This document shows positions 35,633 through 48,765 of a stretch of DNA of 64,000 nt, in pieces. Made by a program: the position numbers and the translations under genes. The DNA comes from Rebecca billardiae RCC1528. Taxonomy: Eukaryota; Protista; Haptophyta. Under the pieces are notes generated by a model. That model worked only from the letters and a program-made list of their open reading frames with translations. It had not been told where the DNA came from and made no database searches. The stretch covers positions 496,001 through 560,000 of the forward strand of contig OZ251224.1 of assembly GCA_965240325.2 (NCBI GenBank), given 5' to 3'. The stretch's first letter is position 1. Every line of letters begins with the position of its first letter.

Positions 35633-36808
35633 ATGCCCGCACGCGGCGCCATCGCGCGGCTCGCGCTCGTCGCCACCGCGGTGGTGGCGAGCGCGCCCGC
35701 GGCGCGCGCGGCTGCCCCGCGCGACGCGCGGCTGAGCGCGCGCGCCGAGGTGCACAGCGCCCTCCTCACGGCGCAGCGCTTCGGCCCGCCGCCGCGCTCG
35801 CTCGCGGCGGCGCATGAGAGGCTGAGCGCCGCGCTGCTCGGCCGCGCAGACGGCGAGGGCCGCGGCGCGGAGGAGGTGGTGGCGGCGGTGGAGGCGCTGC
35901 TGCCGCTGCTCGAGCACGCGAGCGCGCCCGCGCCCGTGATCAGCGCCGCGCTCGGCGCGCTGCGCTCGCTGCTTCTGCTCGACGGCGCGGACGCGAGCGC
36001 GCGCGCCGCGGGCGCGGCCGGCGCCGCCGCCGCCGCCGCCGCCGAGGGCGGCGGCGGCGTGGCGCGCGTGGTGCCGCTGGTGCTCGAGCGCGCGCTCCGG
36101 CTCGCCCTGCACGAGCACGCGCGCGCGCCGCCCGTGCACGAGCTCCTCCAGCTCAAGCGCCTGCAGCTGCTCGACGCGTGCGTGCGCCGCTCGGCCGCGC
36201 CCGGCGGCGCGCCGCTGCCGCCGCCGAGCGTGCGCGCCGTGTGCCGCGAGGCGCTGCGGCTGGTGGGCCCCGCGCCGGGCGAGGCGCCGAGCGGGCTGAG
36301 CGCGGGCGGCGGGGGCGAGGCGCTGCGCCACGCCGCCACCGAGCTGCTCCTCGAGCTCTGCCGCGCCGTGTGCGCGCCGCTCGCGGGCGCGGCGGCGGTG
36401 CTCGCCGCGTCCGCCGATAATGGCACCGCCGCCGCCGCCGCGCCGCCCGCCGTCGGCGCTCCGGCGGGCGAGCACGGCGCGGCGGCGGCGGCGCTGCTCG
36501 AGGTGCTCGCGGCCGAGCTCGACGGCGCGGCCGACGAGGCGCGCCTCGTCGCCGCCCTCAAGATGACCGTCTCGGCGCTCAGCGCGTGCGGCGGCGCGCT
36601 CGACGCGGCGCCGCACGCGTGGCTCTCGCGCGCGTGCGGGGCGTTGCTGGCGCCCGCGCTCGGCGCGGTGGGCGCGCGCGCGAGGGAGGCGGCGCCGATC
36701 GCCGCGCTCGTGCTGCACGCGGCCGCCGCGCTCGCCGCCGCCGCGCCGCGCGCGCTGCACGCCGCGCACGCGCAGCTCCACGCCGCACTGCTCGGCACAC
36801 ACTGCCTG

Positions 36809-36849
<41 letters not shown>

Positions 36850-37002
36850 GGACGAGGGCGCGGAGGGCGGCGGCGGGGGGCTGGCGGCGCCGAGCGCGGA
36901 GGTGCGCGCGCTGGGCGCGGTGGGCGCGCAGCAGCTGCTCTGCGCCGCGCGCGCCGAGCTGCTCGTGCAGTGGTGGTGCGCGTACGACTGCGCGGGCGCG
37001 CT

Positions 37003-37059
<57 letters not shown>

Positions 37060-40000
37060 CGCGCCGAGCGCGGCCGCGCGCGCAGCGGGCTTCACGCCAG
37101 TGCTGTCGATAGCGCGCGCGCTGTGCGCGCAGTGCGCGCCGCCGCCGCCGCACGCGCACGCGGCGCACGGCGGCGCGCGCGGCGCGGGCGGCGGCGCCGA
37201 CGGCGCGCGCGCGGCGCGCGCCGCATGCCTGCACGCCCTGGGCTGCATCGTGCACGCGGCGACTGCGCTCGCGAGCGGCGGCGAGGCGGCGGAGGCGGCG
37301 GCCGGCGGCGGCGGTGCGGCCGGCGGCGCGGCGCGCGCGCACGACCTGCGCGCGGTCGAGGTGGACGCGCCGCGCGCCGGCGCGGCTCTGCGCGGCGCGC
37401 TCGCGCGCGCGCGCGCTCGGCGCGAGGCGTCGGCCGCCGCCGCGCAACTGCTCAACAGCGGAGACATGGTCGGCGCGCTCGGCGCCCTGCGCGAGGGCGG
37501 GCTGCTCGGCGCGGCCGCTGCCGGCGGCGGCGGCGGCGGCGACGCGGGCGCGGCCGACGCGGCCGACGCGGCCGCGTGCGCCGAGCCGCTGGCGCTGTGG
37601 CTGCTCACGTGCCCGGCGCTCACGCGCGCGGCGGTGGGCGAGGCTTTGTCCGCGCCAACGCCGCTCTCCGCTGCCGCGCTCGACCGTTACATGGGCGCGC
37701 TGCCGCTCGGCGGCCGGCCGATCGAGGGTGCGGCGAGGCTCGCGCTCGGCGCGTTCCGACTGCCGGGGGAGGCGCAGAAGATCGGCCGCGTGATGGAGGC
37801 GTTCGCGCGCGCGTGGCGGGCGGGCGCGCTGGGCACGGCGTGGGAGGCCGACACGGCTTCAGACGGCGCGGCGTTTGTTCTCGCCTTCGCCATCGTGCTG
37901 CTCAACACGGACGCGCACAACGCGCAGGTGCAGGACAAGATGAGCCTGGCGCAGTTCGTCGAGAACAACGCCGGGCTCAACGACGGCGCGGACTTCCCGC
38001 TGGGCGCGCTGCACCGGATCTACGCCGACGTGACGGGGCGGGAGATCAAGCTGAGCGCGGCGGGCGGCGGCGCGGCGGGCGGCGCCGCGCTCGCCGCCGC
38101 CGCCGCCGCCGCCGCCGCGCCCGACGGCGCGCCCGCCCCTCCCGCGCTGGGCGCGCGCGGCCGGCGCGAGGTGGGGCGCTCGCTGCTGGCCGAGCTGGCG
38201 CCGCTGCTCGAGGGCGCGCTGGGCGCGGCGATGGCGGACGGCTCGCCGGACCCGGACGCGTCGAGCGCGCGCGCGCTCGCCACCGCGGCCGCCGCCGCGT
38301 GCGGCGCGCGCGCGCTCGACGGCGCGCCCGACGACGCGCTGATTCTGTGTGTGCGCGCGTCGGCGCTGGCCGGCCTCGCGCAGGGCGGCGCGCCGCCGGG
38401 CGCGCACGCGCACGCGGCCGGCGCGGCCGGCGGGCTGCCGCCCGCGCCGCCCGCGCCGTGGGGCGGCGCGCCGCCTGCGCCGTCCGCGCGCTCGCGCCTG
38501 CTGGGCCGCGCGGCCTTTGCACTCGCCGCGCAGCACGCGCCCGGCCTCAGCGCGCGCGGCTGGCTCGAGCTGCTGGGCGCGGTGCGCGGGCTGGCGGCGG
38601 CGCGCGAGTGCGCGCTGCTGCCGGAGCAGCTGCTCGGGGCGGAGCTCGGCGCGGCGGGCGGCGCGGCGGGGCACGCGGCGCTGCTGCCGCCGCTCGAGGC
38701 CCACGAGCTGACCACGGTCGCCCCCGGCGCGGACGGCACGCACCGCCCGCCGCCGCCGCCCGCCAGCGCACCCGCCGCCGCGCCGCCGCACGCGGCCGCC
38801 GCGGACGGCGCGAGCGGCGGCGGCGGCGGCGGCGGCGGCGGCGTGAGCACAGCGTACGCGTACGCCGCGAGCGCGCTGGGCACGCTCTCCAACCTGCTGG
38901 GCTCGCCGCGCGGCGCGCTCGCGATGAGCGTGCCGCCGCCACCCGCCGAGCACGGCGGCGCGGCGGAGGCGCGCGCCGAGCCCGCGGCCGCGAGCGGCGG
39001 CGGCGGCGGCGCGGGCGGCGTGTGGGCGGCGGGCAGCGGCGAGGTGCTGAGCGCGACGGCGGTGGAGGTGGCGCCCGCGCCGGCGCTGCTCGCCGGCAGC
39101 CGCATCGCGCGCCCCGCTGGGAGCGCCGCGGACGCGTCGAGCCGCGAGCGCGCCGCCGCCAACGCGGCTGCGGCCCAGCCGCCGCTCAGCGCCGCCAGCG
39201 CGGACGCGCCTGCCGTCGCGGGCGGCGGCGGCGGTGGCGGTGGCGGCGGCAGCGGCGGCGGCGGCGGCGGAAGCGGGGCGCCGCCGCCGCTGCCGCCGCT
39301 GCTGCACGCCGCCGCGTGCAGCTGCCAGCGCGCGCAGCTCGCCGCGCTGCCACCGCGCTCGGCTGCCGTGAGCGTGCGCCTCGCCGCCGCCGTCGCGGTG
39401 CTCGGCGCGCACGCGGCTGCGGCCGACGCGGACGCGGCGCGCGACGGCGGCGGCGGCGGCACCGCGGCCGCGCGCGACGCCGCCGCGGCCGCCGCGGCCG
39501 CGCTGCGCTGCCTCGAGTACACGCACGCGCTGCTGCGCGCGCTCGTGCCCGCGCCGCTGCCGCGCGCGGATGCGGCCGAGCGGCACGCGCTTGCCGCGCT
39601 GATGCACACGCGCGCCTCGCTCCTCGAGCTCAGCCCCGCGCCGCCGCACGCGCCGCACGCGCACACGCACACGCACACGCCGGCGCCGGCGCCGGCGCCC
39701 ACGCCGCAGGCCGCGCCGGGCGCGGCGGCGGCGGTGAGGGCCGCGGGCGGCGGCGGCGGCGACGGCGGCGCCGCCGAGTCCGCGGCGGCGAGCGCGCCGC
39801 CCATGCCCCCGCCCGCGCCCGCGCCGCCGCCGCCGCCGCCCCCCTTCGCCGAGGCGTCCGCTCTGCTCGAGCACGCGGCCGCGCGCGCGCTGCCCGCAGC
39901 CGCGGACGGCGACTGCCTCGCGCTGGCGTGCGGCGCGGAGCGGCTGGTGCGGGCGAGCGCGCGCGCGGCGCGCGGCGCGGAGGGCGCGCGGCCGCGCGGC

Positions 40001-41044
40001 GCGGCCGCGGCACGCCCTGCCGCCACGTGCCACCTCGGCGTGCTCCGCGCCGCCGCCGCGCTCGCCTCTCACATCGGCGCGCAGGCGGGCGGCGCGGACC
40101 GTGGCGCGCCGGCCGCCGCGCTGCGGCTGGCGCGCGCGACGCTGGGCGCGCTCGACGGCGCGGAGGGCGGCGGCGAGCCGGGCGCGGCGCGCGCCCTGTC
40201 GGACACGCGCGCGCTGTGCGTGGCCGCGCTCGCGCGCGCGGTCGACGCGGCCGCCGCCTCGGACGACGAGCCGGCGCTCGAGCGGTGCGTGCGCGCCCTC
40301 GGCGCCCAGCTCGGCGCGCCACACGCGCGCGGCGCGGCGCGCGCCGAGCCCGGCGGCGCGCCGAGCGGCGGCGCGGCGGTGGGCGGCGCCGAGGGCGGCG
40401 CGGGCGGCGGCGGCGGCAGCGCAGGCTCCGCCCTGCGTTGCGACGCTGACTGGGCCGCTGTGCAGCTGCCCGCGCTCTGCGCGCTCGGCGCGGCCGCGAG
40501 CTCGGCCGGCTGCGAGCGCGCGGCGCGCGAGGCCCTCGGCCTCCTCGAGGCGGTGCTGGGCGCGCCGGGGTGCGCGCTGCCGCCGCGCGCGCTGCTCGAC
40601 GGCGTGATGCGCGCGCTGCTGCCGCCCGCTGCCAGCGCGCTGCGCGCGTGCCGCCCCGCCGGCGGCGTGCGCCAGCTTCGGCTGCGCGCGCCCGCGCAGC
40701 CGCCCGCCGCCGCCGAGGCGCGCGCGGTGCTCGCGTCGCAGGCGCTGGTGCGCGTGCTGCTGCTGCGGCTGCCCGCGCTGCTCGACGACGCCGCGTTCGC
40801 GCCCGCGTGGCTGCAGCTCGTCGGCACGCTCGACGCGTCCGCGCGCGGCGGCGCGTGCGACGGCGCGCGCGAGGTGCTCGCGCACGGGCTGGGCAGCGCG
40901 CTGCAGAAGCTCGCCGTCGCAGGCTACTTTGCGCCCGCGCCCGGCGGCGGCGCGGCGCGGCCCGCGGCGCCGGCGGTGTGGGACGGCACGCAGCGGCTGC
41001 TCGACGAGCTGCAGCTCCGGCCCGGCGCGATGGCGCTGCCGTGA
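35633..41044 (+). CDS. Large Sec7-domain ARF guanine-nucleotide exchange factor (GBF1/GNOM-like), Ala/Gly-rich
   Basis: FRLPGEAQKIGRVMEAF (glutamate finger), VLAFAIVLLNTDAHNAQVQDKMS, NAGLNDGADFP, upstream YDC (HUS-box-like). Start inferred at MPARGAIARL. Confidence 0.9.
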
Positions 41045-41446
41045 CGGCCATGCATATTGCATGCACGCTCGCGCGAACAGCAGCCGCTGCGTGACAGCCG
41101 ACTGTGCTCTGCCCTCGGGCGCCCTCAGCCGCGGGGATGCCACCGCACACTGCTACTGTACGGTAGTGAGTGATGCACGTGCTCCGTCGTACTGTATTGA
41201 CTATTGTAGTTCGGACGGCTCCCATCTTCAAGACTCTGGAGCGGCGGCGGCACCGCAATCATCAGACCCTTGATCAGACCAAGGGCCGTGCAAGAGCGCA
41301 TGCACACACTGGACAAAAAATGATGCTGTTGGCTCGCAGACCCTTGCTCGCAGGCAGGCGAGATTCGGCTGGTTTGCCGCCCCGGCCGGGCGGGCCGCCC
41401 ACCCGGCGGCCGGCGATCATCGTCACGGCGCTTCATCGCTCGAGGC

Positions 41447-42319
41447 ATGGCGGACTCCCAAGTGATTGGCCGCAATCGTGGCAAGAGGAAGGCGAGCGCA
41501 AACGACCGCGAGAGCCTCGTCGCGATGCGCGAGGAGTTCGAGACCAGCACGGGCATGAGCGACGCGCTCAGCCGCGTGCGCGCGCACTTTGAGCGGACGG
41601 GCGATCTGCCACACACCGTGTATAGCTGCTTGTGCCAGGGGCCGGAGGAGGCGCTGTCCAGGCTGAGCACGAAGATGGCGAACATCGCCCTCGTCGCCGC
41701 CCTCTTCATCGTCGGCTCGATCGACGCGCTGGTCAACCCGCCCGCCGTGTTTGATGAGGAAGGCGTGCACCCGCTCGTGCAGATTGTCTTCACACTTATG
41801 ATGGCGGCGGCGATCGGCGCGTTCGGTTGCCTGATCATCTTCTTCACGCTGATGGCGAACCACTTCCCCAAGCTGATGCACCACGACGCCGACATCCTCC
41901 TCTTCCTACTCGAGACCAACTTTGACAGCGCGCTCATGAAGTACATGTCGATCCCGATCGTCGTCGGGATCGCGTGCTCGCTGCTCGGCGTGTACGTGAG
42001 CCTCAACGCGGTCTACCCGTGGTTCGTCGTGATACCCGCCACGCTCGTCTTGATCGCGCCGTCGCTGCATGTCGCGATCCTGGACAAGAACTTCGGCTAC
42101 TCGCCGCTGCGCGGCGGGCTGTGGACCTTCTACCGCCCGGCGGCGGTGCTGCGCAAGCAGCGCATCGACTTCCTGCTCAGCACCGTGTACGCGCCCCTCG
42201 TCGAGTACGACAAGGAGGTCCTCCCGCTGCCCGTCGACGAGGCTCGCACCATCGAGGCCGCGTTGGTAGCGCGCTCGTCACCTAAGCGCCAGTCACACAG
42301 GACCACAACTACGGGCTGA
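41447..42319 (+). CDS. Hypothetical multi-pass membrane protein (~4 TM)
   Basis: Strong GC3 codon bias; hydrophobic segments NIALVAALFIVGSI, IVFTLMMAAAIGAFGCLIIFFTL, IPIVVGIACSLLGVYVSL, WFVVIPATLVLIA. Confidence 0.8.
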   Translation: MADSQVIGRNRGKRKASANDRESLVAMREEFETSTGMSDALSRVRAHFERTGDLPHTVYSCLCQGPEEALSRLSTKMANIALVAALFIVGSIDALVNPPAVFDEEGVHPLVQIVFTLMMAAAIGAFGCLIIFFTLMANHFPKLMHHDADILLFLLETNFDSALMKYMSIPIVVGIACSLLGVYVSLNAVYPWFVVIPATLVLIAPSLHVAILDKNFGYSPLRGGLWTFYRPAAVLRKQRIDFLLSTVYAPLVEYDKEVLPLPVDEARTIEAALVARSSPKRQSHRTTTTG

Positions 42320-43399
42320 TGACTACGGGCTGCTGCGGCTCACTGCTCCTAAGAATCCGCCTGAGGAGTCATATCATCATAACACTCACAGTCACAGAGG
42401 CAACGGTTACGGACACGCCCGACTGACAATGATGTGAGTGACACGGTGACTACGCCTGACGGTGCCCGTCCCGTGCTCCGTGCCGTGCGGCTCATCCGGG
42501 CTCGGCGGCCCGGGCGGCGGGCGGTACTCACAGTCACACCGTTACCGAGTGCGGCTGTCGGCGGCCCGTGGTACGCGTAACGCGACCGGGTGCCCCATCA
42601 CTGCATCATCGTCATTCCGCGATGAAGAAATCATTCGTCATCATTGGTTCAAATCATTAATATTCATCAATATATATACACGTAGTCAGTCACTGTCTGA
42701 GTGACATCATCGCGGGTCGTCAGACGTCAGCGGTCAGGCCTAAGCAGCAGTACTCTAGCACGACCGGGGCTGAGCCGCCCGGCGCCCGTAAGCCGCCACG
42801 GTGTCGGCGCCTTAGACTACTAAGTCGGTGACAGGTCTGACTCTGAACGCCGACGGACTAACTGTCAGTGTCACGGAGCCGCGCGGGCCCCCGCCGCGCA
42901 GGCTGCGCACTGCCGGTCACTGTCTGCCAGTGTGACTGTCGGACTAGGTCTAGTGTGAGTGGCGCACTCACACTGAGTGTCCTGACTGGCCGAGGCGCAA
43001 CGGCACTGAGGCAATCACTCACTGGCAGGCCAGCAGCTGCCGTCGCTACTCGTCTGGATGCCGCGGAGCTAGTCCGCGACGCCAGTACCGTAGCGCACTC
43101 TCTAGATATATATCTACGACTTATATAATATATATATAATATAATATAATAATGGCAATGCCCGACTGATGTCACCGTTGCGGGCGTTGATGACACTCAG
43201 CGTGGTGTCACACACGCCCACGGTGCCCGACTCGGCCACGGACCGGACTTAGATCGACCAAGTCTGCGCCGCCGCAAGCTTATATCAGACTGAGCATCAG
43301 CTGAGCTGGCGCAGACAGAAAACTCACTCTAAGCTGGTGCTGGCCAGTGGCAGTGGCAGCGACGTTGGAGCCTCAGCCCTCAAGAGGCCAGGTCCCTCG

Positions 43400-45384
43400 T
43401 CAGCTGTCGCCGCCTGGCTCGGACGCGTCCGGCCGGCCGTGCGCGGCGGCGGTGGCGTTCCACGGCGCCGTGCCCGCGCCGCGCTCGCGCCCGCCGCGCT
43501 CGCGCGCCGCGCCCGCCAGCGCGCGCCGCCGGCCGCGCGCGCGCCGGAGCAGCCCGGGCCGCGCGTCGAGCGGCGTGGCGTGCCCGCAGCGGTCTGAGAG
43601 GAACGTGTTGTTGGTCAGGATGGAGGCGCGCGGCTGGACGCGCGCGCAGTCGGCGCGCACGAAGCCGACCCTGCGGTGCGCGCGGTCGAGGATCACCTCG
43701 CGGTTGCGCAGCACCGCCGCGCCGAGCACCACGCCGTTGTGCTTGTTGTCGAACGCCGCGAGGCAGCGCACCGCGCGCCCCTCGGGCGGCGCGGGCCGCA
43801 CGCGGATCTCATACGTGTACTCGAGCGGCGAGAGCGCGAGCGGCGCGGGGGAGCCGTCGAAGTGGAGGGTCATCTCGGCGAACTTGTCGCGCTCGGCGGG
43901 GCTCATCGCGTAGCAGAACTCGTCGTTGTACCGCGTCTTGTGCTTCCGCGCCGCGCACGCGCCCCACGGGCAGCCGCTCGTGAAGGAGGCGCGCAGCCTG
44001 CGGTACGCGTCTGGCGGCAGGTAGAGGAACGTGGTGCCCGTGTCGATGATGGTCGAGACGTAGCGGCGGCGGTCGACGCCTGGCGGGGAGGCGCGGGGAG
44101 GGCGGAGGAGGCGGGCGCGAGCGCGCGTCGGAGCGCGCGTTGTGGGCGCCGCCGGCCGCGGCGCCGCCGCGCCGGAGCGCGCGGCGCGCCGCCGCGCGCC
44201 GCGCACGCGCGTGCTGTGCGCTGCCTCAAACACAGCCGCGCCCGACCGCCGCCCGCGGCGCGCGCGGACGACCGGGCGCGGCCGAACGACGGCAGCGCGC
44301 GCGCGCCACCCGCCCGCGCGCGCGCCACCCGCCGCGCCAACCCCGCCGCGCGCACCGAACGAGCGCCCGCCGATCCGGATGTCGTTGAGCGCGAGCGCGT
44401 AGAACTTCTGCTCGCGCATCGGCACCCAGTGCACGTGCTCGGCGCGCTCGGGACGCACGCGCCCGCCGAAGACGAGGAGGCCGGTGCGCTCGGCGATGCA
44501 GAAGGCGAAGATGTTCTCCATGCGCCGCTCCTCCACCAGCCGGTCGATGGGCGTGGGCGAGGCCAGCCCGCCCGAGCGCGTCGCGGAGATGCCCATGCTG
44601 CGCCAGCCAGGAGCAGCGGGGTGTCGCGCGCGCGCGCGGGCGGCGGCCGCGCGGCGCGGCGGGGCGGGCGGCAGTCGGCGCGAGCGCACGGCGCGCACGG
44701 ACGGGCGCGGGCGAGAGCGGCGCACGCGCGCGTGCCGCTCGGCGCGCGCGCGCACATCCCGTCGGCCACCTGCCCCTTGAACAGCCCCGTCTCGTACGTC
44801 TGGCAGCCGACCACCATCCGCTCGGTGAACGCGCCGCGCCCGTCGCCAAAGTGCACGTGGTCGGTGTACACGGCGCCGCGGATCTGCGAGCCCTCGGTGT
44901 ACGAGACGGCGTAGCCGCACTGCCGGTTCTCGCACCGCGAGCAGCGCATGCGGTACGGCGGCGACGCGCACCCCAGCTTGGTCGCGGTGAGCGAGCGCTG
45001 CGGGTCGTACTTTGGGTTCTTGTGACGGCCGCACTTGGTGCACGTCGCGCACGGCACGGCGGTCATGCTCGAGCCCGTGTCGATGATGAGCTGGTGGATG
45101 GAGCCAGGCGATCCGATGCAGATGCTCGCGGCGAAGTAGCCCAGCGTCTCCAGGTTGCCCGAGATGTCGCCCGCGAGCGCGCGGCCGTGCGCGCCGCCCT
45201 CGCCGACGGCGCCGCCCTCGTGGTAATCGCGCCGTGCGATCGGCAGGCGGCGTGGGAGGCGCATGTCGGCAAAGTCGATGAACTCAAGGCGCGCCGCCCC
45301 CATCGGCGGCGCCTCAGCCGACGAAGACGGCCCCGCCGCGCCCCATGCCAGGCAGGCGAGCAGCGAGGCAGACCCCCACCGCAT
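43400..45384 (-). CDS. A1 aspartic protease, plasmepsin V/ASP5-like; introns 44755-44598 and 44355-44080
   Basis: Signal peptide; LIIDTGSSMTAVPCATCTKCGRH; YTEGS flap; spliced ADGIMGI; TIIDTGTTFLYLP; VVLGA. Confidence 0.92.
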
Positions 45385-45510
45385 CGCCGCCGCGCCACAG
45401 CACTGGCTGCGCTCCCCACGCGGGCCAAAGCAGGGCAGTGGGTCCGGGGCGAAGGCGCCGACCCGGACGAGAGAGTCCGGATAAGGTGCTCGTCCTCGAG
45501 TCCTGCCAAC

Positions 45511-45858
45511 GTAGTTGAAACGGCTGAGAGACCGTTAGAGAAACCGCCTGACGAACGTCGACGGGGAGACTTCTCCCAAGGAACCACCCGTCCCAGAAAG
45601 CCCGTGAGCCCGTAGCGTCTTCGGCTCAGATCAGCGGGCTCAAAACATTCCATGGAATGTTTTGAGCTCAGTGATTATGAAATGGGCTGGTAACGAATAG
45701 CTGCGGGTATTTTCAAATACCAGGGAGTCTTGATGTAGGGGGCTGGGACGGGTGGAGAGGGAGTCTCCGTGTCGGTTGGCAGGTTTTTGAAGTTTGGTGT
45801 CATCAATATGCGTGACGAAATTCATAGGCAAACCGCCGCCGGATACGGTTACAACTGC
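45511..45858. mobile_element. Decayed MITE/foldback with imperfect TIRs and a central perfect 30-bp palindrome
   Basis: GTAGTTGAAACGG vs reverse complement GCAGTTGTAACCG at the ends. CCACCCGTCCCAG (45584-45596) is inverted at 45743-45755. GCTCAAAACATTCCATGGAATGTTTTGAGC at 45638-45667. No clean TSD. Confidence 0.6.
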
Positions 45859-46100
45859 CACACATAGAAAACTGACGCGGCGACGTCTGTTCGGTGCTGC
45901 GGTTCATAGGCCAAATCTGGTCAAGATCGCATCATCCGGCGCGGCAGCCCGAGGAAGATCATCATCAGGGCTGCGCGGCGGAAGGTGTGCGGCAAGGGGC
46001 TCGGGACGAGCTTTCTGTGCAGCCCTTCAGCCCCTGTCGTGCCCACTTGAGGTGCAGTGCAGCAGGCCACCCGCCGGCCAGCCACTCGCGCACGCTCGAG

Positions 46101-46898
46101 ATGGAGGTGTCTCCGTACGTGGACGCTCCCGTCGTGGCGCCCGCGCCGACCTCGAAACCGAAGCCCGACGCGTCGACGGTGGGCCGCACCAACCAGCTCG
46201 TGTGGGCTCGCGACGCCAAATCTGCGCTCGCCACGCTGACGCTCAAGAAGCTGATGCGGGCACGGGGCGTGCTGCAGGTCTCGCACATCTTCTCCAAGTG
46301 GAGGATGGCGGCTCGCAACATCGTTGTCGACCAGCTCGTGAACGATCAGCTCGTCCCCCTCCTCACCTGCAGGGCACACGCGGTGACCGACATGCGGCCC
46401 GATCCGTGCGTGTATGTGGCGTTCGGCGATGAGCTCTCGGCGCGCGACGTCGAGATCGCGGTGCTGCAGCACGAGATTGTCGGGCTCGAGACGCGGGCCG
46501 AGTCGGCCGATGCCAAGCTCCGTCTGCCGCCCTTCGAGCGCGGCCTGAGCAGAGAATCATTCGCCACCAAGCTCGATCAGCTCTCGCCGCCCTCGCCGAC
46601 GCGCTCAGGTGTGCGCTCGCCAACACCGACCGACTTCAGCGAGACTGCGACGGCCTTCCAGACGCCCAGCCGCTTCCGGGCTAACGGCGGGCTGACGCTC
46701 AAGCAGCTAAGTGAGGGCGACCGCGCTCTGAGCGCCGCCGTCGAGCGCGAGCTCCGCCGCGCGGCCGAGCTCGCCAAAGCGAAGCAGCGGATCGAGCGGC
46801 TCGACGGCCGCCTCCAAAAAGCGACCAACGATCTCAGATCCGAGCGCGCCGAGAACGAGCGACTGCGCGCGATGGTCGCGCGCATCGGCAGCAAGTGA
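46101..46898 (+). CDS. Hypothetical coiled-coil protein
   Basis: Coding-like codon bias; heptad-rich C-terminus (ELAKAKQRIERLDGRLQKATNDLRSERAENERLRAMV). Confidence 0.7.
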   Translation: MEVSPYVDAPVVAPAPTSKPKPDASTVGRTNQLVWARDAKSALATLTLKKLMRARGVLQVSHIFSKWRMAARNIVVDQLVNDQLVPLLTCRAHAVTDMRPDPCVYVAFGDELSARDVEIAVLQHEIVGLETRAESADAKLRLPPFERGLSRESFATKLDQLSPPSPTRSGVRSPTPTDFSETATAFQTPSRFRANGGLTLKQLSEGDRALSAAVERELRRAAELAKAKQRIERLDGRLQKATNDLRSERAENERLRAMVARIGSK

Positions 46899-48765
46899 CC
46901 TGCCGTGCAGCCATGCATGCCGACGTGCTTTTGTTCCTTTTTGTGACACTCCGCTGCTCCTTGATTGACAATGGTAACATCGCTGACGCCTGGAGGCTGG
47001 AGCGGCTGGAGCCAGTTGGCAGTTGCGGCCCGGCGGACTCTAGCTTAAGTCTACAGCTGTAACTTTACCAACTCTGCTGGGTAACTCAGTCACTGAGTCT
47101 TCACACTCACAGCTAAGTGGCGTCTGAGCCGGAGTCAGCAGTACCGGGAGGCGGCGGACCGTACTCGGTACTCTTACTAGTTACTCCGGTGGCCACTCGC
47201 CCACTGACACTGTGCCAGTGTGACACGTCCCGCGGTTGACGGTTCCGCGGGTACGGTCACATTGGTCAACAGTTAGTTGACTGAATCGTTTATTTTAATA
47301 TATGTTTTTAAGGACTCTACTCGCGGTACGCGGCTTCAGATGCATGACTGAATAACTGTAATAAGTAATAAAGAAGTTTGACTGCCGAGTACCCGCGGTT
47401 GACTATTATCTACGGACCGAGTCACCGTAGACACAGTACCCGACGGTTGCTGACGGTTCGGTATTGTTTACTCTGGGCCACTAGACGGGCCTGGCCCGCG
47501 GAGCCGGGAGGCCGGCCGGACACGCCACTGGCACTTGAATAATCATAATATTAATATTATGTAAATAGTCTAATAATTTATAACCGGGCCCGGGGCCGCG
47601 TGGCGCGTCAGCGGTCAGAAGACAGAATCCCGCGCCGCCGCGAGTCCGCGCAGCAGCCAGCAGCGGGCCGGATGATTGGCTCTCGGCAGGTGACGTCATA
47701 TAGTCTGCGCGTATTTATTTAAAACTGGGAACATTATATTAAACTAGTCAGCCGGTCCCGGCGAGTCCGCCGGAGTCCGGCAGTGCGGCGCGGCAGGCGG
47801 GCGAGTCGGAGTGCGGAGCCTGCCAGAGTGACACTTCGGATGACGGACAGGACTCAGGAATGGCTGGATCGCCATGAGTATGCCATGACCGAGTCGAGTC
47901 AGACTGCGGACTGCTGTGACACCATTGGACCGTTGCCACGGGTGGAATAACCGACTCGCTGCTATCGACGCCTATCTCTCATAACTCATTCTCTGTAATT
48001 GAACTTGAAGTTACACAGTGAAACTTCTCATGATTGTCTTATAGTCATGATAAACCGCAACTGACGTTCACGTAGCTAGTTAGATATCCGTAGCTAGTGA
48101 CTCTCACTCTGCAGTCTCAGTCGGTCGAGTCAGTTCGGTACTTACGTCGGAATCATCATTACACTACGTGTCAGGACTCACTCTCAGGATACGCTCAGGA
48201 CCGCCCGTTGGCGTGTCACTTATTAAATCCGAGTCACTCACAACGCCACTTATTACTTTATACAAGTCGTCCCGTCAATGTCCGAAGGCCTCAGGGCCGG
48301 CGTCTTGAAAATACTGCGGCTGTGGGACCAGTGCGGTCGACTCGGCGTGCCGGTCAATCAATCAATATGGCGCGCAGCATAGTACGCTAGAGTACGGTAG
48401 TGATACGTTATGGCCCGCGGTGCAGGGCGGAGCGCGTAGCGTGGAGCCCCGCCGGGGGCCCTCACTACGTTGTCAAAAAGATCTTTTGATCAAAGAAAAG
48501 GGGATGGGGGACGATTTTGAGGGCTGTTGGAGGGTGAGTTTTCGATTTTTCGAGGGGTACGTTGGCCCATAGTGCTCTGCATTAGCAACTACGCGCTTGA
48601 CGAAATAAGCGCGCCCACGCCATTCCGCATAAGTCGATGGACGGACGTGGGATCAGATACCCCGGGGGTGAAACAAGTGAGTATTTTTGTCCTTCTTGTA
48701 TGCTGGAGTACGAGTTTGCCGAGCGACGTTTGATTGTTTTGGGTCGAAAACAGCTATGAGGCCAG

